Below are positions 31,621-39,638 of a DNA stretch of 40,670 bases, piece by piece. Each line of letters starts with the position of its first letter. Position 1 is the first letter of the stretch. The DNA lies in contig JBKKDI010000319.1 in the NCBI GenBank assembly GCA_046708645.1, positions 1 to 40,670 on the forward strand, read 5' to 3'. Position numbers and translations under genes: made by a program. The notes under the pieces are model-generated. The model searched no databases, had not been told where the DNA came from, and saw only the letters and a list, made by a program, of their open reading frames with translations. This DNA is from Aestuariivirga sp. (GTDB lineage: Bacteria; Pseudomonadota; Alphaproteobacteria; Rhizobiales; Aestuariivirgaceae).

Positions 31621-32865
31621 TCAGGCCGCCTGCGTACGATTGGCGCCTGCGGCCAGTCCGGCCTCGGCGCGAACCCGCCTTGGCGGCGCGAAATAGGATC
31701 CATAGCCAAAACGCGCAATGTGTGAGGCCTTTTCCGCCTGACTTGCGGATTCGACTCCACCCACAATCATCTGGAACTGCATGGCGCGGGCAAATTGGGC
31801 GAATTCGACCCAGGCCGGAGCAGGTTCCGGCTTCGTATTCAAGCCGGCCGCGGCAATATCGAGAAAGCGCACACCCAGTTGGCGGAGGGACGCCAGATCC
31901 AGTCCGGCAATTGAAACCTGCGACAGGGCCATCTTGACACCGAGACGGGCGAGCTTGGCCAATCCCTCGATACCGGCAGCCTCCAATCCTGCAAGATTGC
32001 CATGGGCAATTTCTAACACGATGCCGCGCGAGGTTTCGGAGTCGGCGTCCATCACCTGGATTAGCCGGGCAACGTCCTCTTGGGTTTTAAGGGTTGCGGC
32101 GCCGAGCGGCAGCAGCAGACACATTGCCGGGTGTTTGGTCCGCAGGCGCCGCAACACCGGCACTGCCAGCCTGGCTAAGTGAACATCGAGCGCTGCCCTC
32201 ACCCCTCCGTCATCGGCTTTGCGGATCATTTCCTCATAAGCGATTTCGCCACCCGCCTGGTTCACCATATTAACGCGAGCCCGGTAGTGAACCGTCATCC
32301 CGGTGGAGAGTTCAACGACCGGCTCCAACAGAAAATCCAGCCGTTCATCGGTGGCAGCGTTCTGTTTCGCGGTTGCCGGTTTAAGCGCTTCACTACTTGC
32401 ACCATGGAGGAGTTCAGCGGAAGCCGGGCGATTGTTTGCTATATCTTGAGTAAGCGCCTGGACCTTATCCCGGAGAGTGCGCACCTCCTTCGTAAGCTCT
32501 TCTAACGGACGTCCGATAGGCTGAGCGATTTGTTTTTTCATCCATTCCATGTGATCGGCGGCCGACGCAATCTCTTCTGACATTGAACGAATTTTTCGGC
32601 CCTGTTCCGACAGTTCTTCATCGAAACCCCCGTTGCGCATCCATTGGACAATGAGTGCCAGCGCCTGACCAGTGGCCACCACAAGCACCGCACCGGCGAT
32701 CAACGGGGCTTGGACTTGTCCGCTCGCCAGTATGAAAATGGCGCTGCCCACGGCCACCAGCGCAAACATAGCAATTCCAATGATCGCTGGCCATTCCCGC
32801 CCGTGCATAGACCGGCACCCCGCTGCAACTAATGAATCTGTGCCGCCGGAGATTATCCGACTCAC
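31621..32865 (-). CDS. Membrane-anchored coiled-coil plus degenerate EAL-domain protein (TipF-like)
   Basis: Two TM helices, a coiled-coil region, then LEPVVEL...HYRA, FLDI, GVES and GYGSYFAPPR (EAL fold without the EAL or DDFG motifs). Start uncertain (32865, 32808 or 32769). Confidence 0.7.
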   Translation of the reverse strand: MSRIISGGTDSLVAAGCRSMHGREWPAIIGIAMFALVAVGSAIFILASGQVQAPLIAGAVLVVATGQALALIVQWMRNGGFDEELSEQGRKIRSMSEEIASAADHMEWMKKQIAQPIGRPLEELTKEVRTLRDKVQALTQDIANNRPASAELLHGASSEALKPATAKQNAATDERLDFLLEPVVELSTGMTVHYRARVNMVNQAGGEIAYEEMIRKADDGGVRAALDVHLARLAVPVLRRLRTKHPAMCLLLPLGAATLKTQEDVARLIQVMDADSETSRGIVLEIAHGNLAGLEAAGIEGLAKLARLGVKMALSQVSIAGLDLASLRQLGVRFLDIAAAGLNTKPEPAPAWVEFAQFARAMQFQMIVGGVESASQAEKASHIARFGYGSYFAPPRRVRAEAGLAAGANRTQAA

Positions 32866-32896
32866 CGGCTTGTGGCCATGTCCTATCTGTCCAGAC

Positions 32897-34255
32897 TCAG
32901 GCCACAGATGCCAGGATTTTCGGCAGTTTGCCCGTGAATATCTCGTCGATCTGGTTTTCGCTGACGATCAGCGGCGGCGAGAGTGCGATTGTGTCGGCGG
33001 AGATCCGTATCATCAGGCCATGATCATGGAAGGCGTTTTCCATGGCCTTGTAGGCTCGAAGGCCCGGCTTGCCGTCGATGGGCTTGAGGTCAATCCCCGC
33101 GACGATGCCGATGGTGCGGATGTCCTCGACGAGCGGCTGACCCTTGAGGGTGAAGGCGGCATCGGCCCAGACCTTCTCCAGCTTGCGGGCGCGCTCGAAC
33201 AGATTTTCGTCCCGGTAGACATCCATGGTGGCAACACCGGCGGCGGCGGCAATCGGATGGCCCGTGTAGGTATAGCCGTGGAACAATTCGATCACATGAT
33301 CGGGGCCGTTCATGAAGGCATCGTAGATATGCTGGCGGCACAAGACTCCGCCCATGGGCACGGCGCCGGAGGTCACACCCTTGGCGAAGGTGATCATGTC
33401 GGGGATGACGCCGAAACGTTCAGCCGCGAAGGCGTGGCCCAAGCGCCCGAAGCCGGTGATCACTTCATCGAAAATCAGCAGGATGCCATGCTTGTCGCAA
33501 ATCTGGCGCAGGCGCTTGAGATAACCTTTGGGTGGCGGCAGCACACCGGTCGATCCTGCCATGGGCTCGACAATAACGGCGGCGATGGTGGAGGCATCGT
33601 GCAGGACGACGAGACGTTCGAGTTCATCGGCCAGATGCACGCCCCATTCGGGTTCGCCCCGGCTGAAGGCCTGTTCCTTGCGATTGTAGGTATGCGGCAG
33701 GTGGTCGACGCCGGCGATCATGGCGCCGAACATCTTGCGGTTGGCAACCATGCCGCCCACCGAAATGCCGCCGAAGTTCACGCCGTGATAGCCGCGTTCG
33801 CGGCCGATGAGCCGGGTGCGGCTCGCCTGGCCGATTGTCCGCTGATAGGCGAGTGCGATCTTGAGTGCTGAATCCGCTGCTTCCGATCCCGAATTGCAAA
33901 AGAACGCATAATTCAGGTCACCGGGCGCCATGGTGGACAGGCGCGAGGCAAGCTCGAACACCTTGGGGTGGCCGAACTGGAAGGTCGGCGCGAAATCGAG
34001 TTCGGCGGCGGATTTCTGAATCGCCTCGACAATCGGCCCCCGGCAATGACCCGCGTTAGAACACCACAGCCCAGCGGTGCCATCGAGGACGGCGCGGCCT
34101 GACATATCGTAATAATGCATATCCTTGGCGCGGGCGATCATGCGTGGACGCTGCTTGAAGGCGCGGTTGGGCGTGAAGCCCATCCAGAACGGCTCAAGAT
34201 TATTGGGTGACGGCTCCCAGGCCGTGGCTCCGGCGTGCATCTGCGGTTTGTTCAT
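32897..34255 (-). CDS. Class III PLP aminotransferase (omega-amino acid/beta-alanine:pyruvate transaminase-like)
   Basis: DGTAGLW, NSGSEA, RGYHG, EPMAGSTG, FDEVITGFGRLG, TFAKG, HGYTY; SD GAGGAG. Confidence 0.93.
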   Translation of the reverse strand: MNKPQMHAGATAWEPSPNNLEPFWMGFTPNRAFKQRPRMIARAKDMHYYDMSGRAVLDGTAGLWCSNAGHCRGPIVEAIQKSAAELDFAPTFQFGHPKVFELASRLSTMAPGDLNYAFFCNSGSEAADSALKIALAYQRTIGQASRTRLIGRERGYHGVNFGGISVGGMVANRKMFGAMIAGVDHLPHTYNRKEQAFSRGEPEWGVHLADELERLVVLHDASTIAAVIVEPMAGSTGVLPPPKGYLKRLRQICDKHGILLIFDEVITGFGRLGHAFAAERFGVIPDMITFAKGVTSGAVPMGGVLCRQHIYDAFMNGPDHVIELFHGYTYTGHPIAAAAGVATMDVYRDENLFERARKLEKVWADAAFTLKGQPLVEDIRTIGIVAGIDLKPIDGKPGLRAYKAMENAFHDHGLMIRISADTIALSPPLIVSENQIDEIFTGKLPKILASVA

Positions 34256-34330
34256 CGATCACTCCTCAACTGCTCGACTGTCATTAGCAGAAAGATAGCG
34301 GCCAAGCGAGGCTTGCAAGGGCGTCCCGGT

Positions 34331-34347
34331 TATGTGACGATTACATA
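34331..34347. promoter_or_regulatory. Inverted repeat TATGTGA-CGA-TTACATA, putative operator
   Basis: 6/7 inverted repeat in the divergent intergenic region, downstream of a TTGCAA -35-like hexamer at 34313. Confidence 0.4.
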
Positions 34348-34381
34348 TCGGTCAGCCGTTCACTAGAAGGAGGCCCACACA

Positions 34382-34684
34382 ATGTGTCACATTTTTGCGG
34401 GGCAGGATCCTGGTAATTATGCCCACGAAACGCGGTCGGTACGGCTTATGGGCCATGCCACGAGCGTCCGCCTTGAGGCGAAATTCTGGCTTATCGTCGA
34501 GGAAATTGCTGCTGGGCAGGGAATGCCGCTGGCCCGCTTTTTGACCCAGCTCTATGAAGAGGCGCTGGAAATCCATGGCGAGGTTAGTAATTTTGCGTCG
34601 CTGTTGCGGTGCTGCTGCCTCAATTATCTGGCGCGCGATTTCGATCATTCGCGGTTGCGAGCGGAAACCCAGGCGGCGGCGTAG
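34382..34684 (+). CDS. Ribbon-helix-helix (RHH_4-like) DNA-binding protein, Cys-rich
   Basis: TRSVRLMGHATSVRLEAKFWLIVEEIA...NFASLLRCCC; SD AGGAGG. Confidence 0.85.
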   Translation: MCHIFAGQDPGNYAHETRSVRLMGHATSVRLEAKFWLIVEEIAAGQGMPLARFLTQLYEEALEIHGEVSNFASLLRCCCLNYLARDFDHSRLRAETQAAA

Positions 34685-34701
34685 TATTCCACTAATACCA
34701 C
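34681..34701. promoter_or_regulatory. Inverted repeat GTAGTATT-N5-AATACCAC, putative operator ahead of cytochrome c
   Basis: AT-rich 7/8 inverted repeat overlapping the RHH stop codon, 43 nt before the cytochrome c ATG. Confidence 0.4.
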
Positions 34702-34744
34702 TGTGGCTTCTCGGCCCGCTAGAACGGGATTCCAAGGAAGCGAA

Positions 34745-35122
34745 ATGTGGCAGCGGCCGGCAATATCTGCGTTGTTTTTATGGGTCGTCGTGGCCAACCC
34801 GGCCATGTGCGCCGACGACCCGGGCGCGAAACTATACAAGAATCACTGTGGCGCGTGTCATTCGATCGACCCGGCGGCCTCGCCGCGCCAGGGCCCCAAC
34901 CTGCACGGACTTTTTCAACGCAAAGCCGGCACGCTCGACGGCTACAAGTTTTCCGCCGGCCTCAAGGCGGCGGGCTGGCAATGGACGCCGGAACAGCTCG
35001 ACCTCTGGCTGACCGACGCAAAGGCGCTGGTGCCCGGCACGCTGATGTCGGTTTACAAACAGAAGGACCCCGCCAAGCGCAAACTTATCATCGACTATCT
35101 CCTCGCCAACACCGGCAACTAG
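34745..35122 (+). CDS. Periplasmic mono-heme cytochrome c (c2-like)
   Basis: Sec signal, CGACH, GPNLHG, PGTLM (distal Met). Confidence 0.92.
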   Translation: MWQRPAISALFLWVVVANPAMCADDPGAKLYKNHCGACHSIDPAASPRQGPNLHGLFQRKAGTLDGYKFSAGLKAAGWQWTPEQLDLWLTDAKALVPGTLMSVYKQKDPAKRKLIIDYLLANTGN

Positions 35123-35133
35123 AAGGAACGATC

Positions 35134-35529
35134 ATGGCGAAAGCCACACATACGATGATCCGCGTGATGGACGAAGCAAAGTCCGTTGAATTCTACGGCA
35201 AGGCCTTCGGCCTCAAGGTGAAGGACCGTTACGGCTTCGACGGCTTCACCCTCGTCTACCTCAAGAACGATGAGAACGACTTCGAGGTCGAGTTGACGAT
35301 CAATCACGACCGGACCGAGGCGTATACGCATGGTACCGGCTACGGGCACCTGGCGGTTTTGGTCAGTGACATCGAATCCGAACACAGGCGCTTCGAGACG
35401 CTCGGCCTCAATCCGAACCCGATTAAGGAGTTCCATCGCGACGGAGCGCTGATGGCCAAGTTCTTTTTTGTGGCTGACCCCGACGGTTACAAGATCGAGG
35501 TGCTGCAACGGCACGGCAGATACACATAA
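35134..35529 (+). CDS. VOC/glyoxalase I (lactoylglutathione lyase-like) protein
   Basis: HTMIRV, EVELT, GYGHLAV, FVADPDGYKIEV (H/E/H/E metal ligands); SD AAGGAA. Confidence 0.9.
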   Translation: MAKATHTMIRVMDEAKSVEFYGKAFGLKVKDRYGFDGFTLVYLKNDENDFEVELTINHDRTEAYTHGTGYGHLAVLVSDIESEHRRFETLGLNPNPIKEFHRDGALMAKFFFVADPDGYKIEVLQRHGRYT

Positions 35530-35548
35530 GATGAAAGTGGAGGAAAAA

Positions 35549-36094
35549 ATGAGACTGATTGACAGGACACCAAAAATATCCCGCCGGACCTTGCTCCGGA
35601 CAGGCAGCTTAACGGCGGCGGTGGTGGCGATGGCGCCCAACGCCGCGATGACCGGCAAGACCTGGGCGGCGGTGCCTATTGCCGTCTCGGCGGAAAACTT
35701 CGCCACCCTGGTCAAGATGGCGCGCGACATCTATCCGCACGACAAGCTCACCGACCAGCACTACGCCAAGGTGATCGAAGGGATCGACGCCGCCGCCAAG
35801 GACGATGCGGCAGCCAAGGAGATGCTGGAAAAAGGCGTCGCACAACTCGACGGTATTTCGGAGCGCATGGGCCACGGCAAATACGCCACCATCGCCAAGG
35901 AAGAAGACCGTGTCGCCGTTCTTAAGGAAATCGAAAAGCAGGACAGCCCCTTTTTCCAGAAGATCCGCGGCGCCATGGTGACCGGCATCTACAACAACCA
36001 GGAAGTCTGGCCGATCTTCGGCTACGAGGGCGAAAGCGCCTCGAAGGGCGGCTACGTCAACCGCGGCTTCAACGACATCAACTGGCTGACCTAA
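35549..36094 (+). CDS. Tat-exported small subunit (gluconate 2-dehydrogenase subunit 3-like)
   Basis: SRRTLLR twin-arginine motif, ARDIYPHD, FGYEG..GGY..RGFNDINWL; SD GGAGG. Confidence 0.85.
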   Translation: MRLIDRTPKISRRTLLRTGSLTAAVVAMAPNAAMTGKTWAAVPIAVSAENFATLVKMARDIYPHDKLTDQHYAKVIEGIDAAAKDDAAAKEMLEKGVAQLDGISERMGHGKYATIAKEEDRVAVLKEIEKQDSPFFQKIRGAMVTGIYNNQEVWPIFGYEGESASKGGYVNRGFNDINWLT

Positions 36095-36107
36095 GGGAGA
36101 TTGCACA

Positions 36108-37676
36108 ATGGCTACTTTCGATCAGAACGATTCGAGCGTTGTCGTCGTCGTCGGCTCCGGTGCTGGCGGCGGAACGCTGTCCAATGAACTGGCCCAGAAG
36201 GGCATCAAGGTGGTCTGCCTGGAAGCGGGCGCGCGCCACGAGACGGAGGACTTCCAGAACGACGAGTGGGGCAGCTTCGTGCAGATTTCCTGGCTCGACA
36301 AGCGCACCACATCGGGCACCTGGCGGGTCGCCAAGGATTTCTCCGGCCTGCCTGCCTGGATCGTCAAGGCGGTCGGCGGCTCGACCACCCATTGGGCCGG
36401 CGCATCATTGCGCTTCCAACCCCACGAGTGGAAAGCGCTTACGACCTATGGGGCGATTGCCGGCGCCAATCTCATGGACTGGCCAATCGGCCACGATGAC
36501 ATGGCGCCCTATTACGACAAGGCCGAAAACAAGATGGGCACCACCGGTACAAACGGCATCCCCCGGCTTCCGGGCAGCAACAATTACAAGGTGTTCGAGG
36601 CCGGCGCCAAGAAGCTCGGCTACAAGGAAGTGCACACCGGCAACATGTCGATCAATTCCGAACCCCGCGACGGCCGCGGCGCCTGCCAGCAGATCGGCTT
36701 CTGCTTCCAGGGCTGCAAGTCGGGCGCCAAATGGTCGACGCTGGTTGCGGAAATTCCCAAGGGCGAGGCCACCGGCAATCTCGAAGTGCGTGCCCAATCA
36801 CACGTGCTCAAGATCGAGCATGACGACAGCGGCAAAGTCACCGGCGTCGTCTATGCCGACAAGGACGGCAACCAGCACCAGCAGAAGGCTCGCGCCGTCT
36901 GCGTCGCCGGCAACACCATCGAAAGCCCGCGCCTCCTGTTGAATTCGGCGTCCGCCAAATATCCCGACGGACTGGCCAATTCATCCGGACAAGTGGGCAA
37001 GAACTACATGCGGCACATGACCGGCTCGGTCTATGCCACCTTCGAGAAGCCGGTCTACATGTATCGCGGCACCACCATGGCCGGCATCATCCAGGACGAG
37101 GCCCTCCATGACAACGCGCGCGGCTTTGCCGGTGGCTACGAAATGGAGACCTTGTCGATCGGACTGCCATTCATGGCGGCGTTCCTCAACCCGGGCGCCT
37201 GGGGCCGCGACTTCTCCACGGCCCTCGACGCCTATGATCACATGGCCGGCATGTGGCTGGTGGGCGAGGACATGCCCCAGGAGACGAACCGGGTGAGCCT
37301 GCACTTAACCGAGAAAGACCAGTACGGCATGCCCGTTCCCAATGTGCATTTCGACGATCACCCCAACGACCTCGCCATGCGCGAACATGCCTTCAAGCAG
37401 GGCTCGGCGGTCTATGATGCGGTGGGGGCACTCAGGACCATCCGCACCCCACCCTATCCCTCGACCCACAATCTCGGCACCAACCGGATGAGCGAGAAGC
37501 CTCAGGACGGCGTGGTCAACAAGCATGGCCAGACCCACGACATCGCGAATTTGTTCATTTCCGACGGCAGCCAGTTCACCACGGGGGCCGCCGAAAATCC
37601 GACGCTAACGATTGTGGCGCTTGCCATCCGTCAGGCTGACTTCATTGCAGACGAGATGTCCAAAAAAAATATCTGA
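36108..37676 (+). CDS. GMC-family FAD oxidoreductase large subunit
   Basis: VVVGSGAGGG, LEAG, KAVGGSTTHW, CQQIGFCFQGC, PRLLLNS, HNLGT, NPTLT; no signal peptide. Confidence 0.94.
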   Translation: MATFDQNDSSVVVVVGSGAGGGTLSNELAQKGIKVVCLEAGARHETEDFQNDEWGSFVQISWLDKRTTSGTWRVAKDFSGLPAWIVKAVGGSTTHWAGASLRFQPHEWKALTTYGAIAGANLMDWPIGHDDMAPYYDKAENKMGTTGTNGIPRLPGSNNYKVFEAGAKKLGYKEVHTGNMSINSEPRDGRGACQQIGFCFQGCKSGAKWSTLVAEIPKGEATGNLEVRAQSHVLKIEHDDSGKVTGVVYADKDGNQHQQKARAVCVAGNTIESPRLLLNSASAKYPDGLANSSGQVGKNYMRHMTGSVYATFEKPVYMYRGTTMAGIIQDEALHDNARGFAGGYEMETLSIGLPFMAAFLNPGAWGRDFSTALDAYDHMAGMWLVGEDMPQETNRVSLHLTEKDQYGMPVPNVHFDDHPNDLAMREHAFKQGSAVYDAVGALRTIRTPPYPSTHNLGTNRMSEKPQDGVVNKHGQTHDIANLFISDGSQFTTGAAENPTLTIVALAIRQADFIADEMSKKNI

Positions 37677-37697
37677 GGAATGAACGCCAGGAGTTTG

Positions 37698-37718
37698 GGC
37701 CGCCCTTGTCGGGCGGCC
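37698..37718. terminator. GC hairpin between convergent GMC and DUF1127 genes
   Basis: GGCCGCCC-TTGTC-GGGCGGCC followed by TATTT on the + strand (weak U-tract). Confidence 0.55.
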
Positions 37719-37978
37719 TATTTGTGGCGTTGCCCCCGCGGTGAACAGCGATCACGGAAGCGCATCATCTCGGCTATCGGATCCACGTCATGCGGCAGGC
37801 TCTGGCCATAACGGAGGTCGCCGCGGGTCAGGCCGATGTCCGATAAGATATAATCGTCGAACTCCTCCAGTTTCCGGAGGTAGCGGCGCGAGAGCCAATT
37901 GCGCATGATGCGCTGAAGCAGAGGAAAGGAAAAAGCCCCATCCCGGAAAATTGCTTCGTTACGAATGTAATCGCGCAT
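37718..37978 (-). CDS. DUF1127 small Arg-rich protein, 86 aa
   Basis: RNWLSRR...L...DDYILSDIGLTRGDL. ATG 37978 chosen because it aligns with the paralogue (MRDY); track start is 38014. Confidence 0.82.
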   Translation of the reverse strand: MRDYIRNEAIFRDGAFSFPLLQRIMRNWLSRRYLRKLEEFDDYILSDIGLTRGDLRYGQSLPHDVDPIAEMMRFRDRCSPRGQRHK

Positions 37979-37990
37979 GGCAGCACCCAA

Positions 37991-38091
37991 ATTGTCCCTA
38001 TTGTCTCGATTCATTCCGCTTGAATGTCTCTGACGAAAGGTATACTATATCGGGACAATATCGATCAATGGAAATCTTGTCACCATGACAA
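37991..38091. promoter_or_regulatory. Array of (A)TTGTC/GACAA(T) boxes, putative MocR operator
   Basis: ATTGTC at 37991 and 38000, GACAAT at 38054, and palindrome TTGTCA-CCA-TGACAA at 38077-38091 spanning the regulator start codon. Confidence 0.6.
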
Positions 38092-39476
38092 ATTGGATTC
38101 CCCAACTGGCTCCCAATCGCCCGCGTTATGCCGCCATCGCCGAAGCCATGCGAGCCGATCTGCTGAACGGGGTGCTGAAACCCGGAGAGCAGCTACCCAC
38201 CCATCGCGATCTCGCCTACAAGCTAGGCGTCACCACAGGCACCGTCACGCGAGCCTATGCCGAAGCGGAGAAGCTTGGGATTCTCGTTGGCGAAGTCGGG
38301 CGCGGCAGTTTCCTTCGGGCGCCGGGAGCGCAGGCGCATCTTTTTCAGGCGGCCAGCGGGAACGATGAGCATTTCATCGATCTCTCCCACGCCTCACCGC
38401 CGCTGGTGCAGGACCGGCAATACCTAGATCAAGGCCTGCGTCACATCATGTCATCGCCCTCGCGGATCGATCTTCTCGATTACACCCCACCCGAGGGCCA
38501 TCCCCTGCATCGCGCCATGGGCGTCACCTGGCTCGCACGGAGCGGCATCACGGTTCCAGAGCAACAAGTGGTGGTAACATCCGGCGCCCATGCGGCCCTC
38601 ATTTCCTGTCTCGCCGCCGTGAGTCAGCATGGCGAGAGGCTGTTCGCCGAGGGCCTCAACTATCCGACCCTGAAACCGATCGCCCGGCATCTGGGGCTTA
38701 CGCTCGTGCCAATAGAGATGGATGATGGGGGCCTAGTGCCAGAAGCCCTTGACCGCGCTGCGCGCGCCGGAGAGGCCCGCATTCTCTATCTCGTGCCGAC
38801 ACTGCAAAACCCGACAACCAGCACTCTGTCCCTGGAGCGCCGCAACGCCATCGTCGATATTGCGCGGCGCTATGGTCTTACCATCATCGAAGATGACATT
38901 TTCCGGCTGCTCGATCCAAGGCTCCAACCGCCGACGCTGTTCACGCTGGCTCCAGAACGGACGTATCATGTCACCAGCATTTCGAAGACATTGGCGCCCG
39001 GCCTTCGCGTGGGCTTCGTGGCAACGCCTGCAGGAAAAACCGACATGTTGATGCGCCACCAAACCGTGGCGAGCGGGCGCGCCGTTGGCCTTGCGGCGGA
39101 AGTTGCGCGCTGCTGGATCGAAGGCGAAGCGGCGGACAAAATCCTCGCCGCCATCATTGCCGAGAATGGCGCGCGCCGCGCCATGGCGTTGGACATTTTC
39201 AAGGAGCGGACGATCCGGTGCAAGCCCGGCGCGCCCTACCTTTGGCTCAAACTGCCCGAGCACTGGCAACCCGGCGACTTCGCCCGCGCCGCCCAGGATC
39301 GCGGCGTTAGGGTCACATCCGGCACTGCATTTGCGATTGACCGTAGGGCGGACGATCAGGGTGTACGCGCCTGCTTTGGCGGCAATGTCAGCCGGGATGG
39401 TCTACGCCGGGCTTTGGTGACACTTGATACGTTGCTTGATGAACTGCCCGGCGACGAGCTTCATAGCGTGGCCTGA
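38085..39476 (+). CDS. MocR/GabR-family PLP-dependent GntR regulator
   Basis: wHTH LPTHRDLAYKLGVTTGTVTRAY, GRGSF; aminotransferase-like domain PTLQNPT, IIEDD, SISKTLAPGLRVG. Confidence 0.94.
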   Translation: MTNWIPQLAPNRPRYAAIAEAMRADLLNGVLKPGEQLPTHRDLAYKLGVTTGTVTRAYAEAEKLGILVGEVGRGSFLRAPGAQAHLFQAASGNDEHFIDLSHASPPLVQDRQYLDQGLRHIMSSPSRIDLLDYTPPEGHPLHRAMGVTWLARSGITVPEQQVVVTSGAHAALISCLAAVSQHGERLFAEGLNYPTLKPIARHLGLTLVPIEMDDGGLVPEALDRAARAGEARILYLVPTLQNPTTSTLSLERRNAIVDIARRYGLTIIEDDIFRLLDPRLQPPTLFTLAPERTYHVTSISKTLAPGLRVGFVATPAGKTDMLMRHQTVASGRAVGLAAEVARCWIEGEAADKILAAIIAENGARRAMALDIFKERTIRCKPGAPYLWLKLPEHWQPGDFARAAQDRGVRVTSGTAFAIDRRADDQGVRACFGGNVSRDGLRRALVTLDTLLDELPGDELHSVA

Positions 39477-39510
39477 CCAGGGAATTAACCACGTTTGGGC
39501 GAATACAGCT

Positions 39511-39539
39511 CTTGACGTTGGCCGCCGCCTGACCTATGT
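39511..39539 (+). promoter_or_regulatory. Putative RpoH-type heat-shock promoter of groESL (CTTGAC...CCTATGT)
   Basis: CTTGAC at 39511-39516 and CCTATGT at 39533-39539, just upstream of CIRCE. Confidence 0.65.
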
Positions 39540-39552
39540 CCTGCGCCAGCTG

Positions 39553-39579
39553 TTAGCACTCTTGTCTATTGAGTGCCAG
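39553..39579 (+). promoter_or_regulatory. CIRCE element (HrcA operator)
   Basis: TTAGCACTC-N9-GAGTGCCAG versus consensus TTAGCACTC-N9-GAGTGCTAA, upstream of groES. Confidence 0.93.
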
Positions 39580-39638
39580 CAGATGCCGGTTCATCCGGCC
39601 CAAACCTTCAAAACCAAGCTATAACAAGGAGCTAGCGC

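Noticed and set aside
32672-33871. 399-aa + strand ORF
   Set aside because: Antisense shadow of the well-supported aminotransferase; no recognisable motifs; expected from high-GC codon bias.
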